DNA from: Octopus bimaculoides
Taxonomy: Eukaryota
Assembly (NCBI RefSeq): GCF_001194135.2
Contig: NC_068989.1
Location: 79,027,364 to 79,072,103, forward strand
Direction of reading: 5' to 3'
Length of the DNA: 44,740 bases
Both the position numbers and the translations under genes were made by a program. The notes below the pieces were generated by a model. The model made no database searches. It had not been told where the DNA came from and saw only the letters and a list, made by a program, of their open reading frames with translations. Shown here piece by piece: positions 12,830-24,230 of the stretch (positions are counted from its first letter, which is position 1; the number at the start of each line of letters is the position of its first letter).

Positions 12830-13671
12830 AGTCGATGTTAATAAATCGAGTTTAAAAGTAAAACAGATTTGAGAATAATCGCTGATATATGAATGTACAA
12901 TGAGAATGTAGGGCGGTACGCTATTAAGTGTGTTGCTGTAAAGTTGTTCTGACCTATAAATGATAACTGCATTATGAGAAACCCAGAAGTATATAACAGT
13001 ATTAGAAGTGCCTTAAGAAAGCAACAGCTCTCATGCAAACGATCAGGTGTGTGTGTGGGGGGGAGCCTGATTGATGCAAGATTCATCATTGAGCTGAAAG
13101 AAAAAGATGGTGGTCAGTGAGCAAAAGCAGCGAAATAAAATACTATGTAAACATGTATCAGACGCATTTTGAGAGTTGCATGGTACTGCTCCGGTGCAAA
13201 TGAGATTTATGAGATGTCCACACCAGCTGCATGTTCCGGAAGGGGACATGGTTCGAGTTTTAGTACAAATATGTCTGCAGAAAGGTAAAATTAAAAAAAA
13301 TAATAATAAGCGATATTGAGTATTTTGCGAGGTTTATACAAGAGCCATTATGTGTTCTATTGACATGAATGTTAAGTTATAGACGAAGGGCAAAAACTAT
13401 TGACTGCAGAAAGCCAGAAGCTGCGACGTGTATGAGCTTGTATAACTGTCAATGAGTATGCGGATTTCTGCTAAAAAGGAAACAAAATCCACTTGAGAGG
13501 GGGAAAGAATGCGATTTACTGGGTGACAAACTAGGAAACCTAACTATGAATTTTTTTTGAGGAGACAAAACAATTTTCGGGTAAAAGTCTTGGAAATGAA
13601 GTTCATGAAAGCTAATAGATTGTTCATGAAGAAAAATTTATGTCCATTTTTCTGTTAACTTGCACGTCTTG

Positions 13672-13805
13672 GATATTGGTTTCAAATTTTAGCACAAGGT
13701 AAGGAGTTTCGCGGGAGGGGTAAGTCGATTATATTGACCCCATTGTTTCACTTGTCTTTATTTATATGACCTCGAAAGAACGAAAGGCAGAGTTGCCCTG
13801 GGCGG
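13672..13805 (-). mobile_element. SINE family B, 3' part
   Basis: Family B body and tail motifs. Confidence 0.7.
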
Positions 13806-13904
13806 AAGCTTATCTTGTATATTACTTGCTGGTTGTTGTTGTTGTTGTTGTTGTTGTTGTCGTCGTTGTTGTTGTTGTTGCAATCTGTCCTCGTTAGTTG
13901 TTGC

Positions 13905-14070
13905 TGTGATCCGCATTGCGTTCTGAGTTAAAACGTCACCGAAGTCGGCTTTGTCTTTCATCCATGTCGGGGTCGATATAAATAAGAACAAGTGGAGCAC
14001 TGGGATCGATGTAATCGATATAGCAATCCCCTCAAAATTGCTAGCCTTGTGTCAAAGTTAGAAAGGCTTA
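13905..14070 (+). mobile_element. SINE family B, partial
   Basis: cgttctgagtt..gtcggctttgtctttcatcc..gatcgatgtaatcgat..ccttgtg. Confidence 0.75.
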
Positions 14071-14084
14071 TAGCCATCTACAGG

Positions 14085-14210
14085 CAGCAAGCTAGCAGAA
14101 TCGTTAACACGCCGGAGAAAATGCTTAGCCGCATTTCTTCCGGTTTTACATTCTGAGTTCAAATACCATCGAGGTCGACTTGGCCTTTCATATTTTCGGT
14201 TCTAATAAAT
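14085..14210 (+). mobile_element. SINE family B, 5' part
   Basis: gctagcagaatcgttaacacgccgg..gagttcaaat..gtcgacttggcctttcat. Confidence 0.75.
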
Positions 14211-14650
14211 TAAACTGAATCATTGCTTTCACGAATATTTATCAGTCATAGGATACAAACCGTGAATATTTGAACTTTCTATTGCCCGTATTATATTTAA
14301 CCTGATCCAATCCCATCCTTACTTTTCCGGCTCTATACACCGAGATATGAACAGTTTGCACCATTTCTTTTTCTCTTTCTTCTCCTACTTTTTCATCGTC
14401 TCCTTCTTTTTCACTTACCCCCAACTCTGAGTTGTTATTTGATGCTATTTTTTCTATAAGAAGCATTAAATATCAAATTCTTCGCATTCGCCTAGTATTG
14501 CACGTTATGTTGGCTTCCTTTTTCCTTTATTTATTTTTTTTTTCCGAGTTAATACTCGTATCATATATCTATTATTCGTTCATTTTGACCTTTGACGTGA
14601 TACAGCAATATATTGAATCAAATGTACTGTTGGCGGATATCACCTTGGTA

Positions 14651-14693
<43 letters not shown>

Positions 14694-14985
14694 GAAGCTT
14701 AGTACTAGGATAATACCAATAATAATGGGTGCGTTGGGAATGATAAAGAAGGCAGCTGAGAATTATATTAAGCAACTCCCTGGTAACTCCAATCTCCGTG
14801 AACTACAAAAGATAACCTTGATGGATACAGCCCATATACTACGGAAAGCACTCTCCATCTAAAATGGAATAAATGTAGTGATAATTTTAGCAAGCATTGC
14901 AAAACAAAAGTGCCCTTGCGACTCTTGGCCTCTGGAGAATGCCGGGTACTAAAGTAACTGAAAAAAAAGAAAACATAAATTACAA
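14694..14985 (+). mobile_element. Short 3' fragment of a Dong (R4-clade) element between (AAT)n tracts
   Basis: Reads KLSTRIIPIIMGALGMIKKAAENYIKQLPGNSNLRELQKITLMDTAHILRKALSI* (stop 14860-14862), the classic R4/Dong RLE C-terminus. (AAT)n at 14651-14693 upstream; (AAC)(AAT)n downstream. Confidence 0.85.
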
Positions 14986-15000
14986 CAACAATGATAATAA

Positions 15001-15218
15001 TAATAATCCTTTCTACTGCAAGCACAAGGCCTCAGATCTTGGGGAAGGGATTGAGTCGATTACATCGACCCCAGTGCATAACTGGTACTTATTTAATCGA
15101 ATCCGAAAGAATGAAAGACAAAGTCGACCCTGGTGGAAATTGAACTCTGAACGTAGTGACGGCTGAAATAACGTAACGTATTTCACCCGGCGTGCTAACG
15201 ATTCTGCCAGCTCGCCGA
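15001..15218 (-). mobile_element. SINE family B, near full length
   Basis: Head ggcgagctggcagaatcgttagcacgccgg and tail (ATT)n on the minus strand. A second partial copy follows at about 15237-15340. Confidence 0.85.
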
Positions 15219-15373
15219 CTTAATGATAGTACTCAATAATAATAATAATCGTTTCTATAAGTGGCATAAGAGCTGAAATTTTGAGTGAGGTGACTAGGTG
15301 ATCACATCGATCCCAACGCTCAACTGGTGCCTATTTTAATGTGTCAGTATACATGCATACACAGTATTTTTAA

Positions 15374-16150
15374 ATGACAGACATTCATGGATGCTACGTC
15401 AACGTCCTCCTACGGTCGATGCCGTTGAAAACTGGTAACAGTTGGTCCACACAGCTGTCGTCAAAAACTGAAGCTAACATCACAGCCACAAATAAAAATA
15501 GGTTATCGACAGAATCATTCCAGCGTGACATCATTCCTGTAATTCTTTTCGTTGCGACAATGCAAAGTCTGCATAACGCAATCTGCAAAGGATATCAACC
15601 TCCATCTGTTTTGTCGGTGTCGCTAAAGCTATATTCAACTAATATCGGTTTTAAATTTTAGCTCAAGGCCAGCAAATTTCGGGCAGGTTATAAGTCGATT
15701 ACATCGACTCCCAGTTTTCAAATGGTATTTATTTTACCGACCACAAAAGGATGAAAGGCAATATCGACCTCAGCGAAATATCCAAGTAATATTTTCGAAC
15801 CTAAGAACTCGCGAGAAGAGTATCACGGGATCCAGTAATGAAGTTTGATCAGCAAATGTTCATATTTTATAGTTAATCGAAGCATTGGTTACCAAGGAAT
15901 ATGGATAACAATGGGTTGTCTATTTCCATTAATGAAGATAGACGAGAATATTGCATGCTTGGGTAAAGTTAGGGCGATCAAAGAAACACTTCAGTGGACG
16001 ACGGAAGATTTCAAAATCCGCGTTGTTCGCATTGAGTATGGCCGTATCACAATGCTTTTAAAGTGTCAGTGCAAGTAGCAACATTTTGAAAGCTAGACAG
16101 GACACTTGAAGAAATACTCAACTTGGATATCAAGACGAGGGAGGGCTAAC
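15374..16150 (+). mobile_element. Heavily decayed R4/Dong RT remnant, interrupted by SINE-B (about 15630-15775, minus strand)
   Basis: STESFQRDIIPVILFV resembles GIFQGDSLSPLLF (RT4), and KIDENIACLG resembles GIDENISY. HNAFKVSV..LDRTLEEILNLDIKTR matches HNVFAVLV..LDWTLKEIRGIDVKTR of the copy at 23896-24279. Confidence 0.65.
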
Positions 16151-16221
16151 TCGAACTCGTAACATTTAGACCAAAATTGACATTGGTGGGTTCTATATTA
16201 CAAGGTAGCAAAGCATAAGTC

Positions 16222-16480
16222 GAACCACTAAGTTACGGGGACGTAAACACACTAACATCGGTTGTCAAGCGATGATGAGGGACAAATACACACACACACA
16301 CACACACATGTGTGTATGTATACGACGTGCTCCCTTCAGTCTACCAAATCCACTCACAAGGCTTTGGTCGGCCCGAAGCTATAGAAGAAGACACTTGCCC
16401 AAGATACCACACAGTGGTACTGAACCCGAAACTGTATGTTTGGGAAGCAAACTACTTACTACCCAGCCACACCTACGCCT
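16222..16480 (-). mobile_element. SINE family D
   Basis: Head, body, internal (TG)n and the gtttacgtccccgtaacttagtggttcg 3' module. Confidence 0.85.
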
Positions 16481-16714
16481 ATATATATGTATATATAACG
16501 TATCTTATTTCGGTGGAGTCAGTCTTTTGCTACTCGGCGTTTCATTTATAGGTACACAAGATCTTCAGACAAGTTATGACATAACTTGTTCGAGACAGAC
16601 TTGACCGAAATAAAATGTACTATTAATCCCTGCTACTGGCCTTGTGCCAAATTTTGAAACCATTATTAATCTCTACTATGGTACTGAGTACTCTTTTATC
16701 TGACAGTCAACATT

Positions 16715-16788
<74 letters not shown>

Positions 16789-16792
<4 letters not shown>

Positions 16793-17107
16793 CGCAATGG
16801 CCCAGTGGTTGGGACAGCGAACTCGTGGTCGTAGAATCACGGTTTCGATTCCCAGACCGGGCGTTGTGAGTGTTTATTGAGCGAAAACACCTAAAGCTCC
16901 ACGAGGCTCCGGCATGGGATGGTGGCGAACCCTGCTGTACTCTTTCACCACAATTTTCTCTCACTCTTACTTCCTGTTTCTGTTATACCTGTGTTTCAAA
17001 GGGCCAGCCTTGTCACACCGTGTCTCGCTGAATCTCCCCGAGAACTACGTTAAGGGTACACGTGTCTGTGGAGTGCTTAGCCACTTGCTCGTGAAATTAA
17101 GGAGCAG
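16789..17107 (+). mobile_element. SINE family A, 3'-truncated
   Basis: Highly similar to 33387-33770. Confidence 0.9.
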
Positions 17108-17109
17108 GC

Positions 17110-17354
17110 TAGTGACGAGCTTACGATTGTGAGCTTGTGAGTTCAATTCCCGGACCGGGCTGCGTGTTGTGTTCTTGAGCAAGACACTTTATTTCACATT
17201 GTCCAGTTCACTCATCTGTAGAATTGAGTTGTGATGTCACTGGTGCCAGGCTGTATCGGCCTTTGCTTTTCCTTTGGACAACATCGGTGAGATGGAGAGG
17301 GGAGGTTGGTATGTGTGGGCGACTGCTAGTCTTCCATAAACAACCCTGCCCGGA
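17110..17354 (+). mobile_element. SINE family C (CORE-like central domain)
   Basis: gagttcaattcc B-box and ttgtgttcttgagcaagacactt..cagttcactcatctgtagaa core. Similar to 25017-25350; ends at a gap. Confidence 0.8.
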
Positions 17355-18391
17355 NNNNNNNNNNATATATTTGAGGAGATTCGTTATAGGTGTAGGAATA
17401 TACACACACACATATTTGGTTGTGAGATAAAGTCGTCCATATTTTTCCATTTTATTTTGATCCTTTCAAATGTTATTTGAATTGACACGAAAAGTGTCTT
17501 TATCGTATTGTTTTATGGTCTCTCTCTCTTTTTTTTATATATATACTTGAAGCTCTATTCTTCCTCTACAACTTCTGTTCATCGTTTCTGATATTTGAAT
17601 AAATTTTACCATTCTTCAAATATATGAAGGTCGAGTACCAAGTAAAAAAAAGTGAATGAATTTATCTGACAATCTGACTTATGAAGAGACAGAGTGAATG
17701 TAGGAGAAATTAATTGATTATTTTTCATTGGAATAGTTTAGAACAATGAGTTCTGTCCTCTGAGAATGTTGAGATCGATGTTATTAATGTTCCTGTTAAA
17801 ACAAATTTGGTTGAGTGATTGGTTGAATGATTGATTGACTGGTAAATATGTAATTAAATTTTCGAATAAATTACCTTAAGTCGGGCTGCCAGGTTATCAG
17901 ATCGGGACATAGAGATTAAATCTTGTCAGCACTTGTGTTTCGTTTGATTGACGTCGAAAAACAGAAGAGAGTTCTGTTTTAAGAAAGTGTTAGAAATAAC
18001 AGTATAACACAAGAGCAAAATCAAGCAAGAACTCAAAAGAAATCGTTGGAGGAGGAAACAAAGAACACAGTTATAAGTATTATTGTGTGGTTAAAAAGCT
18101 CGCTTCACAACATCGTAGCTCTGAGTTCGATCTCAATGTGCATGATATTAATGAACATGTTCTTTTCTTCTCCTATAGCCAGTAGGGGTGGGATCTATAA
18201 GTGTGCTTGTAAATGGAAGTTGATAGACGGAGAGTCTGCAGAAACTTGGCGTATGTGTACCTATAAGTGTGTGTGTGTGTGTGTGTGTCAATGTTTGATT
18301 TTATGTGAACTTATATGTTAAAACACTAATATTAAACTGAAGAATTACCCAATAATTTTTAGTAGAGTACATGTATATAGGTTTCACATTT

Positions 18392-18585
18392 TTTCACAAG
18401 GCCAGCAATGTCGAGGGATATGCCAAGTCGACTGCATCAACCCCAATGCTCAGCTGGTACATATATTACCGACACCGAAAGGATGAAAAGCAACGTTGAC
18501 CACGGTGGCACTTAAACTCAGAACGTAAAGTCGGAAGAAATGCTACTAAACATTTTGTCCGGCGCGGTAACGATTCTGCCAGCTT
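18392..18585 (-). mobile_element. SINE family B
   Basis: Family B motifs on the minus strand. Confidence 0.8.
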
Positions 18586-19843
18586 ATCACCTGAAGAGTA
18601 CATGTGTATTAATAATAAAATGTAACACAGAGGGTCAGCAAAAACAGAAAAAAAAAACATACGGAAAATAGGAAAAAACACATACTATGGACGCAGACAC
18701 GCTCAACCCCACATTATAGACCAAAAACTAGCACACTTTCGACACATTACATATTTATTAATTCTAATGTGAGCGCGTTAGTTTGCGTGTCGTGAGATCG
18801 AAACCCAATCACATGCTTTCGAAGAAAACTTAATCACACTACAATGTGTCTGTGTGCGTGCGTGTGTAGACAAATGATTGGTGAGGAATGCGTTAAATGC
18901 GTGCTTTCGAGAAAAAGAAATACCTTATAGAGTTCATTCCTCCCAAGTTTCACAGACACTGCCGAGTTACTTTTGCCATCGAATTATACGCCATGTATTG
19001 ACCCGTCAAGTCTTGCTGGATTTTTAGAGTTACATGTCTCGGGTACTTTTAGATCTAGAAGTGTCCACCCCTCTCTGGGTCTCAATGCACCGGATTTCAT
19101 AGAGAAAGAGAGACACAGACAAATAGAAAGACAAATAATTATTTATCGACTCTGCTGCTGTATTTTGAACTCGGAGCGCAAAGAAAGAAAGCCAGTGCTT
19201 ACTACACGACCAATATTACCGCTTTAATCGTAAATGCCATCAACCAGGGGAAACCCAATAACAAACGACTTTATTCTTCACAGAATTCGATACAAAAGAG
19301 TAAATAGATAGATAGAAAGATAGACAAAATAAGTAGATTTGAAGCAGATGTATAAAAAGAAGTAAAGCAAACAATCAAGACAGTATGAGTAGAGCAATAG
19401 CTTTTAAAAACGAACAGCAAAAGTATTAACGGAGAAATACGTGGAGACTCTTGGCTTCGTTGTGTGAATTATTTGTGAATGTGAATTGATTTAAAAAGTA
19501 AGACAAATCGACGGCGATCTTTTATAGAATGTTCAGTCAGTCACGAAGAAGATGGTGAATGTATGCAAGCTTGATATAATGAAGTGTTTTTCTTGAAATG
19601 ATAAGTGAGAAATTATGTGACCAGACAAATTTTTGTAGTTGGTGTCTGAATGGATGAATATGTTCAGTGAAAAATTCCGTTTTCTGTAGCACTTTCATCC
19701 TCTCCTCTCCTCTCCTCTCCTCTCTCAAATGTATGTATGTATGCATGCAATAGATCGTACTGTACCAATGATGTTCTATTTGCAGGTCTAGCATACACAC
19801 ACACACGCTCGCACACAAACACACATATACATATATAAAAATG

Positions 19844-19915
<72 letters not shown>

Positions 19916-20035
19916 GGTGCGTGGTTTTGTAGTTAGGCTGTTGCACTCGCAATTGTAAAAATTATGGTTTCGATTCCCGAAGCGGAATGTGTGTATGTAT
20001 CATACATACATACATACACACACACACATACATAA

Positions 20036-20066
<31 letters not shown>

Positions 20067-20225
20067 CATGCGCACATGTAAGCACAACAGACCTGCTATA
20101 ATGATTTGGGATAGAAAAAAGAAACTGCACAGTTGTGGAAATTAGCTGCCCAGCGGATGTTAGCATAAAGCTGACGACCAGGGAAAAAGAGAGCACCTAT
20201 GCTGAACTATTGTGAAATCTGAAGT

Positions 20226-20512
20226 TAACTCTCCACTTACGAGCGGTGGTGGAGAACAAACTAACAAGCATATACACACACAAACACACACGCATGCACG
20301 CACGCACACACACCGCCACCACCACATTCACACTCAGACATATACCTACATACCGGACGGTCTTCTTTCAGTTTCTGTCTGCTAAATTCACTCACAAGGC
20401 ATAGGGCGGCCCAAGGTTAAATTAGAAGACATCTGTCCATGGTGAGCACATTGAGACTGAACCCAAGACCACATAGTTGGGAAGGAAGCTTTGTAACCAC
20501 ACAGCCACGCCT
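20226..20512 (-). mobile_element. SINE family D
   Basis: Family D motifs with an internal CA-rich microsatellite. Confidence 0.8.
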
Positions 20513-20769
20513 GCGCTTATTGGCGAAGCTTCTACAATTAGTTTTCGAATTTCTTTGATGAATTCTATAAAATATCCAGGCCTGCACTGAAGATCGCGAA
20601 ACGCATTTTGGTATTTTTGGGGGGATTCTGAATCCAATTTTTGCCATGGCTGATTTTGTCTGATGATAAACAAGTACCAGCTTTGTATTTGGGTGGATAT
20701 AATCAACTATCTCTACTGCCACATCATCATCATCATCAACCTTGGACATGAAAGTATTGAGTCTTAGGT

Positions 20770-20960
20770 CGCATCGGGTCGGTCGTCCAGTTTTCCACGG
20801 CGTATGAATGACCGAAATCACATCTCCTCTGATCGGGATATCGATTCGTCACATGGTTACACGTTCACAGCTGAGTAGGCAGGAGCAACGTGATATGAAC
20901 ACAGTTCACCACTCGATCCGGTAATCGAAACTACGATCGTGTAATCGTAAATGTAACGCT
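20770..20960 (-). mobile_element. SINE family C variant (decayed)
   Basis: tRNA-like head and ttcacgttgctcc..ctcagctgt core on the minus strand. Tail resembles 26380-26625. Confidence 0.55.
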
Positions 20961-20966
20961 CGGTTA

Positions 20967-21335
20967 GGACGGCGAGGGTTCAAGCCGATCCAATAAACGG
21001 AACAGCCTGCTCGTGAAATTAACGTGCAAGTGGCTAAGCACTCCACAGACACGCGTACCCTTAACGTAGTTCTCGGGGAGATTCAGTGTGACACAGAGTG
21101 TGACAAGGTTGGCCCTTTGAAATACAGGTACAACAGAAACAGGAAGTAAGAGTGAGAGAAATTAATAGTGAAAGAGTACAGCACGGTTGGTGGCAAACCC
21201 TGCTGTACACTTTCACCTCGTGGGGGCTTTAGGTGTTGTCGCTCAATAAACACTCACAACGCCCGGTCTGGGAATCCAAACCGCGAACCTACGACCGCGA
21301 GTCCGCTTCCCTAACCACTAAGCCATTGCGCCTCC
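20967..21335 (-). mobile_element. SINE family A
   Basis: Highly similar to 12383-12829 apart from an internal deletion. Confidence 0.9.
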
Positions 21336-21761
21336 ACTCATTTCAGTGCAACTGAAAAATAGTCAACAGAGATGATCCGGTGCTATTTTGGCGTGTGATC
21401 CACAATTTAAAGGGTGATCACTTAAGGTTACTTTTGAGTTTAGTTTTCAATTTCTAAAAACCTTTAAGATGTTGGCTAAAGACTTTTACAATGTGATCAG
21501 CGACGAGATGATTTAAGAAAAAATGGCCTTTTTAAATGACGAAGAAAATGTTACACCTTGTCGTAGTTGTGGTGGAGAAATAAAGGAAGAAAAGGGAAAA
21601 ACGATGAAATGTTGCCAGCGTTTCATTCCAAAACCTGCGGTTGCCAAACTTGTGTGATCTACGTGCTTATTTTAATTATTATTTTGTTTATTCTTGGTTT
21701 CTTATTATTATTCACTAAGATATAGATGAAATATAGTTTTATTATTATTAAGACAGTAAAT

Positions 21762-22195
21762 GTGACGAGCTGGCAGAACCGTTAGCACGCTATGTGCAAT
21801 GCTTGGCGGAAATTCGTCTGTCTCAACGTTTTGAGTTCAAATTCCGCCGAAGTCGATTTTGCCTTTCATCCTTTAGGGGTCGATAAATTAAGTACCAGTT
21901 ACGCACTGGGTCGATGTAATCAACTTAATCCATTTGTCTGTCCTTGTTTGTCCCCTCTATGTTTAGCCCCCTGTGGGCAGTAAAGAAATAAGAAACGTTA
22001 GCACGCCGGGCGCAATGCTTGGCGGAAATTCGTCTGTCGCTACGTGCTGAGTTCAAATTCCGGCGAAGTCGACTTTGCCTTTCATCCTTTCGGAGTCGAT
22101 GAAATAAGTACCAGTTGAATACTGGGGTCAATGTAATCGATTATCCCCCTCCCCACCAAAAACATTTCAGGCCTATAGTACAAAGGATTATTATT
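21762..22195 (+). mobile_element. Dimeric SINE-B (monomer-linker-monomer)
   Basis: Two family-B monomers joined by the linker ttgtctgtccttgtttgtcccctct..tttagcccc..gtgggca..aataagaa. Same architecture at 28666-29147. Confidence 0.85.
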
Positions 22196-22346
22196 AAAAA
22201 ATTTGGAAAAATACATTTAAAAATAAACAAGAAAGTAACCTAAAGTAATCGCTATGATCCTTAGTTGTTTGATATTTGTCATCGAAAAGTCAGTAATTTA
22301 TTCTATCCGAACAAGTACATCGGGTAAAAACATCGTTATTTTACAG

Positions 22347-22444
22347 TTCATATCCACTTTACCATTTATGGTGGCAGAGTAATCGATATTTTGTACACTA
22401 GTGTACATTATCCAATTCCATTGATTATAAGTGCTTCTAATTGG
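22347..22444 (+). CDS. Candidate internal exon (phase 1-0), unknown product
   Basis: gttattttacag| acceptor and TGG|GTAAGT consensus donor. One open frame: xHIHFTIYGGRVIDILYTSVHYPIPLIISASNW. Not recognised. Confidence 0.35.
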
Positions 22445-22720
22445 GTAAGTACTTGAAGAAGAAATCAATATATTTATCAACTGACAATTATAAGTTATTT
22501 TTATTTAAAAAATGTCATGCGAGAAATCATTATAAACAAATATGAAATTTCCTTTTTAAGCTTCCTTTTTTAGGTTTTCTACGTTTGACAATAACCTCTT
22601 CAACAAATTGAACGGCTTTGGTGATATTTTCGATGAATAATTATATATACATACACATCAGGATCTTTGCCGTTTTTGTATGTGTATATGCATGTATGCG
22701 TTTGTGTGTATGTATGTATG

Positions 22721-24230
22721 TTTTATTTCAAGATGTTTTGCCAATAGAGAAAGAGCCGGTTTCTAACCTAGATTCAAGGCTCCTTCTTTGGAATTTCTAC
22801 ATCAATAACGGTATTTTTCTTTTTGATGTATGTATGTATGTATGTATGTATGTATGTATGTATGTATGTATTCTCATGCATATAGTTGCATATCTAGACA
22901 TGCTCATACATATTTAAATGTTAAACGTCTGGAAAGTTTTACAGATTTTACAGTTTCAGTGATGGATTGGATCTGTAGTGTTCGAATTAGCTTTCTCCTT
23001 TCTGGTTTTGAGAAACCTTATTTCTCAAGATTAGGCAGTGTGTTACTTATCCCAGGGCTCTAATAATTACAGGCATAAACCTGAACTTGTAATCTGGAAA
23101 GAGTAACTGTAGATTTCTGAATAGTTCAGCATAGGTGTTCTTTTTTTCACTGATCTTCAGCTTTATGTTAACATCCGCTGGGGGGCAGCTAATTTCCACA
23201 GCTGTGCATAGTTTCACTTTTCTATCCCAAATCATTATATCAGGTCTGTTGTGCTTACGTTTTATTGAGGTCTTCACGGGAAAATTCACCTAGTACTCCT
23301 TTTTTATTATGAGTGGTTATGGCTTCTAAAATACTGTGGGTTCTTATTTCTTTGTCCTCAGTGATATCTTTCTGGCGGATTTCATTATAGAGTGCCCTAG
23401 CTACAGCATCATGTCTCATTGGTAGATAATACCGTGATGACATTTTCGGACAACTGTTTATGCTGTGGGTGATATCTTCGGTGTTAACTCCACAAGATCT
23501 GCATCGGTTGTCACATTTTACTGCTTTTCCTGTATCTCTGTCCCTTTTGTGCACCAGGTACTTGGTTGATGTTTCCTGTTCCTGGATTGCACACGCATAC
23601 CCTCCAAAGTGGGATGTAGTAATCCGGCAATTGGTCCATGATAAACTGCTTTGATGATCAATGTTACTATCATCTCGGAGCTTTCTATTAACATATCCAT
23701 GCATAGTCTTCTGCTCATATAGGCTCATCCTTTCATGTTATGATACGTTGCGGCAGAGCCGTGCGACTTCTTTGGGTATGCATTCTAGGTTACCAGACAT
23801 AAAGTGTTGCTCAAGGAGCTGACTTCCAAATCTTCTGATGTTATCTGCCTCATGTACGCAAACTTGGTCAAGGGATGCACTTCAGCACTTGGTGGTTAAA
23901 AGATGTTGCCGAAAGAATATGATACGACATTCAAAGGCATTTCGATCGATGTTAAGCATCTGCTGCCTTGTTTTCGTTTGAGATAAAGGCAGTGTATGTC
24001 ACTGTTTATGTGGAAATTATGTGTGCTTGTTAGTATTTTTCGGGTTTTCACATCAATGCCTCGGATCTCCTTGAGCGTCCAATCAAGCAACCCAAATGTT
24101 GGTATGAGTACTAGCACTGCAAAGACATTGTGGGCCATTGTTTTATTGAATGCAGAGTGTTCTGAAGTCCAAATTTTCTTTATTCGGCAGTAATACTCTT
24201 TAGTGACACCTGTTTTGATACAAGTGCCAT
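22721..24230 (-). mobile_element. 5'-truncated R4/Dong-clade element flanked by (TACA)n
   Basis: ORFs 23896-24279 (RT thumb), 23255-23728 (CRSC..EDITHSINSC, RHD) and 23047-23289 (HNRPDIMIWDR..AVEISCP). The 3' UTR has an internal (TACA)n at 22826-22870 and AATAAA just before the (CATA)n 3' flank. The 5' flank is a (TACA)n run of about 10 units (24231-24270). Confidence 0.92.

Noticed and set aside
15873-15962. Apparent exon with good splice sites and an alternative ATG (MDNNGLSISINEDRREYCML)
   Set aside because: The region matches decayed R4/Dong RT sequence (IDENI, HNAF, TLEEI..DIKTR) colinear with the copy at 23896-24279.
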